A stretch of 64,000 nt of DNA, from positions 1 to 64,000 of IMG/VR virus record IMGVR_UViG_3300047407_000118; one strand, given 5' to 3'. The position numbers and the translations under genes were made by a program. This document shows, in pieces, positions 9,376 to 17,847 of the stretch (position 1 is its first letter; every line of letters starts with the position of its first letter). The DNA comes from an uncultured virus (IMG/VR IMGVR_UViG_3300047407_000118) (lineage: Duplodnaviria > Heunggongvirae > Uroviricota > Caudoviricetes). The notes below the pieces were generated by a model that had not been told where the DNA came from, did not search any database, and saw nothing but the letters and a program-made list of their open reading frames with translations.

Positions 9376-10344
9376 CTATTTCAATCGATTGATATCGGCA
9401 TCCACCATGTCGCGTACTAGGCTACGGAAGTCGCTGCGTGGCTGCCAACCCAAGAGTTCTCTGGCACGACTGCTATTGCCGCAGAGACTGTGTAATTCCG
9501 CAGGACGCTTGAATCGAGGATCAGACGATACGTATTGACTCCAGTGAGGTAATCCCACGTAGCTGAACGCTTCTTGCAAGAACTCGCGTATGGTATGCTG
9601 TTCGCCTGTGGCCACCACATAGTCTCGAGCTTCCGGCTGCTGTAGCATCAACCACATGGCCTCCACATAGTCCTGCGCATGCCCCCAGTCGCGTTGCGAA
9701 TCAAGATTGCCCAGCGTGAGCCGATCGGACAAGCCTAAACGAATACGCGCCACACCGTCGGTGATTTTGCGTGTGACAAAATCTCGTCCGCGCAAGGGAC
9801 TTTCGTGATTGAACAGTATACCCGAACAGGCATAGAGTCCATAGCTTTCGCGGAAGTTCACTGTGATCCAATGCGAATACAGTTTGCTCACACCATAGGG
9901 ACTGCGCGGGTGGAATGGCGTTGATTCGTCCTGCTGCCCCCCGGTGCTGTTGCCATACATTTCCGATGTAGATGCCTGATAAAAGCGAGTGTCGGCACTG
10001 TGCTGCCGTATGGCATTGAGTATGTTGAGCGGACCCATGCAGTTCACTTCCGTCGTGAGCTTGTTTAGGTCCCAACTCACACCCACAAAACTCTGGGCTG
10101 CTAGATTGTAGAACTCTCGTGGACGTATCTGACGCACAAGATGATTCATGCAGCCATCATCTGTGATGTCACCCGTGATCAATTCCACATCGTTTTCGAT
10201 GCCTAGCCAGGCGAGATTTTCTAGATTGGGGTTACTGTAGCGTTTGATCAGACCATATACCCGATAACCACGCTCCAGCAACAGACGAGCTAGATAGGGA
10301 CCATCCTGTCCGGTCATGCCGGTCACAAATGCAGTGGGTTTCAT
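9376..10344 (-). CDS. gmd: GDP-mannose 4,6-dehydratase
   Basis: TGMTGQDGPYL, YNLAAQSFV, QASTSEMYG, PRSPYGVSK, GILFNHESP, FVTRKI, RDWGHA. Confidence 0.95.
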   Translation of the reverse strand: MKPTAFVTGMTGQDGPYLARLLLERGYRVYGLIKRYSNPNLENLAWLGIENDVELITGDITDDGCMNHLVRQIRPREFYNLAAQSFVGVSWDLNKLTTEVNCMGPLNILNAIRQHSADTRFYQASTSEMYGNSTGGQQDESTPFHPRSPYGVSKLYSHWITVNFRESYGLYACSGILFNHESPLRGRDFVTRKITDGVARIRLGLSDRLTLGNLDSQRDWGHAQDYVEAMWLMLQQPEARDYVVATGEQHTIREFLQEAFSYVGLPHWSQYVSSDPRFKRPAELHSLCGNSSRARELLGWQPRSDFRSLVRDMVDADINRLK

Positions 10345-10392
10345 ACCATCTCCTTTGGAGTATGTATGAAAGAATCAGTTGCGTGACTAGAT

Positions 10393-10845
10393 TTAGACCC
10401 GAATATCTTCCATGCCGGCCGTGCGCAACCTAACGATATGACCCAGTTGCCACTGTTTGGTATCCAGACCTTTCATGATACCCAGCCAGCGATTGCGCAA
10501 CAGAGCTACTTCGTTGATGATAGTTTCGTGATCCACCACTTCGTCCTCACCGTCCACGTACTTTTCAGCGTCACGGCTGGTTAGCGCTCGAGCATAGCCT
10601 TCCAGATACTTCTTGAAGTGCTGACGGCGTATCCGCCTCAGCTGGATGTTCAGGTAGTTGAGCACCGCTTCAATCTCTTGCAGCTGATTGAAACGATGCT
10701 CGGTCACACCCGGAAGCTCTTTGATGTTGGTTTCCACGTGACCTGAGATACGGCATTCCTGTCTTGCACCTTCTAGCTCATTTTCGTAATGGGCTATAAA
10801 GTCAGGGATGGCACCCAGGCTCGCGACAATACGGCTATACCACAT
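10393..10845 (-). CDS. uvsY: UvsY-like recombination mediator
   Basis: YLEGYARALTSRDAEKYVDGE...KGLDTKQWQL; adjacent to uvsX. Confidence 0.8.
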   Translation of the reverse strand: MWYSRIVASLGAIPDFIAHYENELEGARQECRISGHVETNIKELPGVTEHRFNQLQEIEAVLNYLNIQLRRIRRQHFKKYLEGYARALTSRDAEKYVDGEDEVVDHETIINEVALLRNRWLGIMKGLDTKQWQLGHIVRLRTAGMEDIRV

Positions 10846-11093
10846 CAGTGATCCTGATCCTCGTCATCAAAATCCTCATCTTCGACGTAGTCATCATCCT
10901 CGGCGTCGTCAAGGTGTGCTGCTAGAGCCTCTTTCATGTCGGGATCACTACCAAATGCCGCACGTATGTCAGCGGCATCAAGATCATGATCGATCATGAC
11001 ACTGAGCACCGTGTCAGCTGCTTCGGCACGATCGTGCGGATTCACATAGCGTTTGATCTCGCTCCAGATGTCGGCTACCAATTGTTCACTCAT
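10845..11093 (-). CDS. small acidic hypothetical protein
   Basis: 82 aa, D/E-rich tail, translationally coupled to uvsX and uvsY. Confidence 0.75.
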   Translation of the reverse strand: MSEQLVADIWSEIKRYVNPHDRAEAADTVLSVMIDHDLDAADIRAAFGSDPDMKEALAAHLDDAEDDDYVEDEDFDDEDQDH

Positions 11094-12151
11094 TCTGCTT
11101 CCTCCTCTGTGACATCGGTACTTACCTCAGTACGGAGATTTGCAAAATCTGCCATGAGTCGATCCAGACAACCTTCTTCGTTGCTTTCCCAGGCCTTGCG
11201 GAACAGTTTGGTAACTTCCCCGGTGCTACTCACAAACATCAGCCTATTGCCGTCTTTCTTGAGGATGTTTTTCTTCTCGGCCAGATCCACCAGTCCCGAG
11301 TAAGGGTTCATCCCAGTTTCGTACGGTATCTTGACCTGCACACCTTCAAAGGGTTTGGCATAGCGTGTTTTCATGACCTTGCAGGCAGCGCGGATACCCA
11401 TGACATCCGAGATCTTGTTGCCATCCTCATCTTCCTTGAGCTTGAGCTTCTTCATGGCCACCACGATCGAGCTGGCATAGATAAAGCCTTGTCCGCCCGA
11501 GATCTTGTCATCGGGATCAAACATGTCTTGGCTGGCATAGGTATGGTTGGTACACACCAGGCCCACATTGTAGTTGCCAAACATGTTGACACAGTTACGA
11601 ACCAGGGCCGTGAGCGCCTTGGGTTTGCGCCCAAGATCACCTTTCATGTCACCGGCTTCAAACTGGTTGATGTCCGTGGGTGTGAGCAGCATGCCCAGGC
11701 TGTCAATCACGAACAACACCTTGGGACGCTCGCCATCGGGCAGGGCCTTGTAGTCGGTCATGAATGTGCTGATGGTCTTGGCCACGTCGTCAATCATGCT
11801 CATACTAAGTTTGAGCAGTTTGCTTTCGCTGGTATCTACACCCAAGGCCGTGAGCCAGGCTTCGTCTAGTGCGTTCTCGCTGTCCACCAGCACAACAAAG
11901 ATTCCCTGCTCTTGGGCGTTCTTGATAATGTTACCGGAACAGATGTAGCTCTTGCCCGCGCCTGATTCACCCGCAAACACCGCGACCTTGCCCAGCGGAA
12001 TACCGCGAGTAAAGTCACCGGATATCAAGTAGTTGAGGGCGTAGTTGCCGGTCGAGATCCAGTCTGTGGGATCATTGAAACCGATGGTGAGTCCATCGAT
12101 TGATTTGGTTATTTCCTTGCGGAAACGTGAAACGTCAAAGGGTTTTCCCAT
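11090..12151 (-). CDS. uvsX: RecA-like recombinase UvsX
   Basis: Walker A GESGAGKS, DSENALD, VIDSLG, NHTY, SGGQG. Confidence 0.93.
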   Translation of the reverse strand: MGKPFDVSRFRKEITKSIDGLTIGFNDPTDWISTGNYALNYLISGDFTRGIPLGKVAVFAGESGAGKSYICSGNIIKNAQEQGIFVVLVDSENALDEAWLTALGVDTSESKLLKLSMSMIDDVAKTISTFMTDYKALPDGERPKVLFVIDSLGMLLTPTDINQFEAGDMKGDLGRKPKALTALVRNCVNMFGNYNVGLVCTNHTYASQDMFDPDDKISGGQGFIYASSIVVAMKKLKLKEDEDGNKISDVMGIRAACKVMKTRYAKPFEGVQVKIPYETGMNPYSGLVDLAEKKNILKKDGNRLMFVSSTGEVTKLFRKAWESNEEGCLDRLMADFANLRTEVSTDVTEEEAE

Positions 12152-12159
12152 AATTCACC

Positions 12160-12197
12160 TGAAAAAGAAAGAACTGCGGGGTGGTTAGCCCCGCAGT
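12160..12197 (-). terminator. intrinsic terminator after gp32
   Basis: ACTGCGGGG-loop-CCCCGCAGT followed by TCTTTCTTTTT on the minus strand. Confidence 0.75.
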
Positions 12198-12208
12198 ATG
12201 CGTCAATG

Positions 12209-13225
12209 TTACTGCGTCTTTTGACGAGCCCGGATCATGGCCAGGATGTCCTGGGCGCTCTGACCACCGCCACCTGCTGCGGCTGCTGCGGGTTTCTTCA
12301 CAGGCTCGGCTGCGGCCGGAGCCTCATCGGCATCAAAGGGCGGGTCATCTGCTGCGGGTGCTGCCGATGATGCCGGTGCTGCCTGAGCTGCCCGAGCTGC
12401 AGGTGCGCTCTCGCTGGCTGCAGGTGCCGAACTGCCCGGTGCTGCCACTCCCGCGGGGCGGAAATACTGACCCCAGCGTTCGGCATCATAGGGCTGTCCA
12501 TCGACCGAAGCCTCGAACATCTCTTTGATGACCCGGAGTTCGACTTCACCGGGGCGCTTGGGCAGGAACGTGCTGAGATCATAGAGACCATATTTTTCAA
12601 TGGCCGCTTGTTCCTCGGCTGTGAGAGCCGATTCCTTGCGACTCCATTTGCTGGTGTTGTAGTCAGCAAAGCCGCCTTTCATGGTCTTGGTGATAGTGAA
12701 ATCCAAGCCACGCATGACGTCGGTGGGCAGTTCTTCCAGCTCGGGATCCATCAGGGCCGATTTGATGATTTGGAAGATCTGGGGGCCGATGATAAAGCGT
12801 CGGATGGGATTTTCCGGGCACTTGTCATCGCTCAAGGGGTTTTTGCGGACGAAGCCTTGGAAAAGATAGCTGCGCTTTTTCCAATACTTACGACCCATGT
12901 CTTCAAGGCTCTTGTCCTTGAACCAGTTGCGTACTTCTGCCAAGATCGGGCAAGCATCGCCCCACATTTCCACACAGGGCACTTGGACCATGACCTGTTT
13001 GGTTTCTGCTTCGCCTTTGACGCCGGCAAAGGGCAAGCGGATCATGGCCCGTTCGACCCAGAAAAATGTGTTTTTGCTGTTGCCGTCAGCTAGGAAACGG
13101 AATGATGCGGATTGACCTTCTTCCATGTTCCAGTGGGGATAAATGGAATTGTCGCCGCCTTGTGAATTACCACCTTTTGTTTCTGCTGCCTGTAGACGCT
13201 GCCTAATTTCTGCTAAAGATGCCAT
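12209..13225 (-). CDS. single-stranded DNA-binding protein, T4 gp32-like
   Basis: FRFL, CVEMWGDACPI, YWKKRSY, GLDFTITKT..ADYNTSKW, Ala-rich tail; next to uvsX. Confidence 0.85.
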   Translation of the reverse strand: MASLAEIRQRLQAAETKGGNSQGGDNSIYPHWNMEEGQSASFRFLADGNSKNTFFWVERAMIRLPFAGVKGEAETKQVMVQVPCVEMWGDACPILAEVRNWFKDKSLEDMGRKYWKKRSYLFQGFVRKNPLSDDKCPENPIRRFIIGPQIFQIIKSALMDPELEELPTDVMRGLDFTITKTMKGGFADYNTSKWSRKESALTAEEQAAIEKYGLYDLSTFLPKRPGEVELRVIKEMFEASVDGQPYDAERWGQYFRPAGVAAPGSSAPAASESAPAARAAQAAPASSAAPAADDPPFDADEAPAAAEPVKKPAAAAAGGGGQSAQDILAMIRARQKTQ

Positions 13226-13245
13226 AGTAGTTTTCTCCTAAAAAA

Positions 13246-13357
13246 GTTGCCTATGTTTGTTGCCTATCTAAATTTAGATCGTTGCCTGTGACACAAACAA
13301 AAAGGCGCATCACTGAAACAGTATATGCGCCTTGAATGTCAGTGTCAATGTTATTTA
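13246..13357 (-). promoter_or_regulatory. gp32 leader: late promoter, sigma70 promoter, terminator-like hairpin and three AGGCAAC repeats
   Basis: TAAATA 13357-13352; TTGACA(13348-43)-17-TATACT(13325-20); AAGGCGCAT/ATGCGCCTT stem plus T tract; AGGCAAC at 13287, 13265, 13252. Confidence 0.7.
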
Positions 13358-13359
13358 GT

Positions 13360-15525
13360 CTACTTTGACAAAGCTAGTGCTTTTATTCTCGCCAGATCTT
13401 CATAAAAACTATCGGTTACTGCTCCGCGGTGGTCCATGGAATCAGTTGAGTCTTCGTTTGGACCCGAAAACGTGGCCAGATTATCGCCTTCGGCCATATC
13501 TTCATCGTCATCCCAACCTTTGGCTTTGCTAGGAAAATAACGATGTACCGCTCTATCATGACTTGGTACCAGCTTCAAGCGACTGGGAGAAATATACCAA
13601 CCACGTCCATCTTTGTCTTCGATTCGAACACGACGATCATATGGATCACCAATCATTCTGAATACTTCACCGCCGTCACCATCCATTTCGTCACGTACAA
13701 AACAACCATCGTAAAGTTCAGTATCGTCGTATTCGCCTTCCGCCACACCTTGCTTCGTACGTTTCTTAGCTTGCTGAGACCGATTATAATCATCCAGCGA
13801 AACAATTTTAAAGTTAAAAGCGTCGAGCGAATGTCTACCACCACTCATGCGAGTTAGGTACGATTTTGCGGCTGCTATTGAAGGGAACGCGCCGCCGTGC
13901 ATTGGATAGTTCTGGGAACGTAATCCAGTTTTAGGGTTTACCAAAACATATCCACTGGTATCTAAATATCTTCTACTGTTTTCCTCCATATCTTTTTCTT
14001 TGGGTTTAGGTACAGGATTACCAGCTAAATCTTTGTCACCGATGTAAACTCCCCGTTCATCATGGCTTAGCGGATTCTTTTCAAACGGTTTGCCTTTACG
14101 TGCTGCTTGGGCTGCTTCCACATCCTGCATGGCATCTTGCCAATAGCCTTCCGCCATGGGCTGCTGTGGTTGCGCAGCCGGCTGTGCCACCGGTGCAGCA
14201 GCCGGTTCAGGCGAGGGTTCTGCGGCAGGCGCGGGTTCAGGCGCGGGTTCTTGGGCTTGGGCATCAAGATCGACATCAACTCCGTTTTCTTCCAACCAGG
14301 CCTCGATCACGGGCGCGGCATCAGCATCGGCACCGTTGGAACGGCTGAGATTCTGTAGCCGGTCACGCAGATCATCCAGCATCTGATGATCCTCAGGATC
14401 ATCGCGATCATAACCTATGATATCTTCCAGCTGAGGTATCACGTTCATGCCATCTTCACCCACTGCTAGAGGTTTTTTGGCCAGCAGTTCCTGGATTTGA
14501 TCCACTGCTTCATGATCATGGGCTAGGTCACTGAGACCTTCTGCCACTGTGTTGACCCAGTTTTCAAATATATCAGCTTCTTTCATGGCAGTTCCTTGAA
14601 TACGTGCCAGCAAAGGCAATGCTGCCTCTACTCGCGTATCGATATGCTGCTCCACAAACATGTCTCTGAGATTTTCTACCAGAGTATCAGCCGCAGTGAT
14701 CTCAGCTGGCTGCCAGGATTCGAAATATCGACCATAACCACGACTGTGACCTAACTGCTGGAGATTGGAACGTAGCTGTTGATAGTACTCGCGGGCCTGT
14801 TCTACCAACTGTTGCCGCTGCCCTTCCAGTACCTGACCCTGGTGTGCACGATGGAATCGAGCCAGCACCTTCATTTCCTGGATTATTTCGGCTATGTGCT
14901 GACCGCGTATGTCATAGGGACGACCACCCTGGCGCACATGTTCCAGCATGGCGCGACCGCCTGCGAGATTGGTAAAAGGCAAAAGGAAGCGCTCACCATC
15001 CTGGGTTTCCACAAACAGTTTTTCCACATAGCGATAGCGAGCATCAGTTTCGCCTAGAGTGCGATTGTGTCGTATCATGAGTCGGGCCTGGGTGGGCTGT
15101 CCCATGTAGCTGACCTGGCGCGTACCATAATAACTTTCAAATAGGCTTTCCGAAATAGCCGACATGCTGGCCATGTAGTGCTTGAGATTACTGATATTTT
15201 GTGGGCTGAATGTGTTGAAGCCGTTGTGCGTGGCAAATTGTCCCAGTTGATGCAGGAAATCATACCATTCGTCTTTGTCCCGGGGGGATTCCATGCTGCG
15301 TCCCATGCTGTCCCCAAAAAACAACAGTAATTCTTTGTCATCACTCAGGATCAACACAGCATTGCCATAATCGCGGCCACCGCTGCTGCGATAATCAAAC
15401 CGTATGATATGCGCTTTTGATGGTGTGACATCTTGCCCGGTCCGGGGGTCTTTGGTAACGGGATCAAATCCCCGAGTGACCAAAAGGTCATAAAGTCTTT
15501 GGGCTACTGTTTGTGTTTGTGCCAT
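13360..15525 (-). CDS. large modular virion (probable head-associated) protein with xAEG-delimited C-terminal modules
   Basis: 721 aa; late promoter upstream; PMAEG, DMEEN, QGVAEG, DMAEG junctions. Confidence 0.7.
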   Translation of the reverse strand: MAQTQTVAQRLYDLLVTRGFDPVTKDPRTGQDVTPSKAHIIRFDYRSSGGRDYGNAVLILSDDKELLLFFGDSMGRSMESPRDKDEWYDFLHQLGQFATHNGFNTFSPQNISNLKHYMASMSAISESLFESYYGTRQVSYMGQPTQARLMIRHNRTLGETDARYRYVEKLFVETQDGERFLLPFTNLAGGRAMLEHVRQGGRPYDIRGQHIAEIIQEMKVLARFHRAHQGQVLEGQRQQLVEQAREYYQQLRSNLQQLGHSRGYGRYFESWQPAEITAADTLVENLRDMFVEQHIDTRVEAALPLLARIQGTAMKEADIFENWVNTVAEGLSDLAHDHEAVDQIQELLAKKPLAVGEDGMNVIPQLEDIIGYDRDDPEDHQMLDDLRDRLQNLSRSNGADADAAPVIEAWLEENGVDVDLDAQAQEPAPEPAPAAEPSPEPAAAPVAQPAAQPQQPMAEGYWQDAMQDVEAAQAARKGKPFEKNPLSHDERGVYIGDKDLAGNPVPKPKEKDMEENSRRYLDTSGYVLVNPKTGLRSQNYPMHGGAFPSIAAAKSYLTRMSGGRHSLDAFNFKIVSLDDYNRSQQAKKRTKQGVAEGEYDDTELYDGCFVRDEMDGDGGEVFRMIGDPYDRRVRIEDKDGRGWYISPSRLKLVPSHDRAVHRYFPSKAKGWDDDEDMAEGDNLATFSGPNEDSTDSMDHRGAVTDSFYEDLARIKALALSK

Positions 15526-15535
15526 AGTAAGCTAT

Positions 15536-17107
15536 TTAGCGTAAAACTGCAAAGAAGGGCATGGGTTCAATTATGGAATCAGTATGATCCTTGATCTGTT
15601 GATCCAACTCAGCATGGTAGGTCTGTAACAGCATCAACATTCGTACGATCAGGATGGTAGACATGACCAAATCATCGGTTTCACCCGGCTTGGCTGCATA
15701 GCTCACACCGTGCGCCACAAAGGTCTTGAGCTCGCTTATGAGTGGTTTGCTGTGTATGATCATGCGACGACTTTCCAGCAGCACCTTGAACTTGTTACAG
15801 GCCGTGATCTTGCTCTTGGGCGTGGTGTTGAATCCTTTGCGCCATCGACGTTGTCCTATCACGGAATTGTCCGATAAGAAATAGCCCTGGATGTTTTCCT
15901 CACCGTATTCCGATATCGAGATCAGGGCCGCTTCGCCTATGGTGTTGTTTTCCACGGAGTAATAGATGCTCTGCGGATCCTTGACCACGCTGTTGATTTC
16001 ACGCACGATGTCGGCCAAGATACGTACTTGTTCGGGGATGGTAGTACGATTATGTTGCCACTCGGCCACTTGTTCGGTGGTGCCGGCTTCAAATACCTGG
16101 ATGGCCGCGGGATCTCCACCGGTGCCCAGGCTGGGATCCAAGGACACCACATAGATGCTGTTGGGGCGTATGTCACGATACCAACGAACCTGCCCGGTTT
16201 TGCGCAGGGGTTCGCGACCTTCTAGATCGATCAAGGTGGTGGGTGCTATCAAGGTCTCATCGTTGATGATGAATTCGCATTCAACTTCTCTACGAAAACG
16301 ATCCTCGCCTAGCTGGGCACGTTGACCATCGGCCCAGGCCTGATCACGATCGGGATGCTCATGCCAATAACTCCGGAAAGCCCGGAAACCATTGATACCC
16401 AGTTCCGTGGTATTGCCAAACTCATCTAGGCATTTGTTGGCACCTTTCCACAGGAACGCAAACTGATCTTCATCCGAATTGGGTGTGCTGGTAATGATAC
16501 ATTTACCGCCTGTGGATAGCGTGGGCGCTATGGAAGTCCAGAATTCTCGACCTATGGTGGGACGCACGAATGCGAACTCGTCAGCATACAGTAAAGAAAT
16601 ACTCATACCCCGACCTGTGGTCTCTGTGGTTGTTTGGCTTACTATGCGGCTACCGTTTTCAAATTCCAGGCTGCCCTTGTTGTAGCTGGTACAACCGGCT
16701 CGTATATGGTTTGGGCACAGCTCATAGGCATAGCGTATGCGCTGCATGATTTCCTGAGCACCGGTATACTTGTGAGCCGCTATCAAGATCGTGCTGTCCG
16801 GAACGAACATGGCGTACCAGAGCAGATATCCCGCGGCCGAAGTTGACTTGCCGGTCTGGCGCGGCATGAGGCTGATGCTGTTGCGATAGTTGTGATATGT
16901 GTCGATCAGACGCTTCTGATAATCAAACGGATGATATACCATCTTGCCCCGGGTAGGATGCTGGATGTAGAAGAAGTTGTCCAGGAAATACTGTGGACCG
17001 GTCACCGGATCGGCGCAGAGAGCAAATTCTTGAATCTCTTGTTCGGTATATCTTTCGCGGCGATGCGGACTTTTTACCAGTACTGTTTCAAGTTGGTTGC
17101 GTTGCAT
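15536..17107 (-). CDS. terminase large subunit, T4 gp17-like
   Basis: PRQTGKST Walker A, LLYADEFAF Walker B, ITSTPN, FRREVEC, nuclease DPSLG..D and DDLVM. Confidence 0.95.
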   Translation of the reverse strand: MQRNQLETVLVKSPHRRERYTEQEIQEFALCADPVTGPQYFLDNFFYIQHPTRGKMVYHPFDYQKRLIDTYHNYRNSISLMPRQTGKSTSAAGYLLWYAMFVPDSTILIAAHKYTGAQEIMQRIRYAYELCPNHIRAGCTSYNKGSLEFENGSRIVSQTTTETTGRGMSISLLYADEFAFVRPTIGREFWTSIAPTLSTGGKCIITSTPNSDEDQFAFLWKGANKCLDEFGNTTELGINGFRAFRSYWHEHPDRDQAWADGQRAQLGEDRFRREVECEFIINDETLIAPTTLIDLEGREPLRKTGQVRWYRDIRPNSIYVVSLDPSLGTGGDPAAIQVFEAGTTEQVAEWQHNRTTIPEQVRILADIVREINSVVKDPQSIYYSVENNTIGEAALISISEYGEENIQGYFLSDNSVIGQRRWRKGFNTTPKSKITACNKFKVLLESRRMIIHSKPLISELKTFVAHGVSYAAKPGETDDLVMSTILIVRMLMLLQTYHAELDQQIKDHTDSIIEPMPFFAVLR

Positions 17108-17124
17108 CTAGTATTTACTAGCAG

Positions 17125-17829
17125 CTATCTAAACGCGAAACGAAATCCCGTGGCCTGTTCCACCGCTTCCACCGTGACCTGATAGCGTGGCAGATCGGCC
17201 ACGGGCAATGCGGTGTTGGGCAGCAGATAGGCCACGGTCTGGCCATTGGCTCGGTTGTGCAGGATCTTGTACAAGCGTGTGGGTATGCCCAGACCGTTGC
17301 CAGTTACCGGATGTCCAGCATCAAAGATGCCGCCCGAAATTACATACCAATCCCCGCCCTTCTCGGCCCAATCCCGCTCCCAGGTCTCCAGCTGTTTCCA
17401 GATTCCGCGGTTGTTGTTGGCCACCTGTGCCACCATGTTTGACAGGAAGAAACTCTCACTCATGATCTGGTCGTTCTGGGTATTGTTGCCCGCGGGAGCC
17501 ATGTGACCTCGGTCGTGTGTTTTGCCCACTGTGGCATAGTCGGCCAAGGTGGCCTGGCAGTTGGCTGTAACGGCCGGATCGGCACGGAAGTTGTCTTTAC
17601 GCTTGGCCGGACCGGTCATTGCGGCCACTGTTAGATGTTCAAACACTGCCACAGGTGCTTTCACACTGCAACGATGGATCACGGCATAATTGGTTTTACA
17701 CAGTTCTTGATCTCCCGGCTGTGCTTGATAAGCCGGTGTGCCATGGCTGGTAAATTGCGGGCATTGGCTGTTGATCTGTGCCCATGAGCTAAGAGGCACA
17801 CACAATAAAAAGAATAGTATTTTTTTCAT
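17125..17829 (-). CDS. DNA/RNA non-specific endonuclease with signal peptide
   Basis: DRGHMAP, ESFFLSNMVAQ..NNRGIWKQLE; N-terminal MKKILFFLLCVPLSSWA. Confidence 0.9.
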   Translation of the reverse strand: MKKILFFLLCVPLSSWAQINSQCPQFTSHGTPAYQAQPGDQELCKTNYAVIHRCSVKAPVAVFEHLTVAAMTGPAKRKDNFRADPAVTANCQATLADYATVGKTHDRGHMAPAGNNTQNDQIMSESFFLSNMVAQVANNNRGIWKQLETWERDWAEKGGDWYVISGGIFDAGHPVTGNGLGIPTRLYKILHNRANGQTVAYLLPNTALPVADLPRYQVTVEAVEQATGFRFAFR

Positions 17830-17847
17830 AGTTCGATCTTTCATAGT

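Noticed and set aside
15536..17107. Intein or intron in terminase (also checked uvsX)
   Set aside because: Lengths are normal and motifs contiguous.
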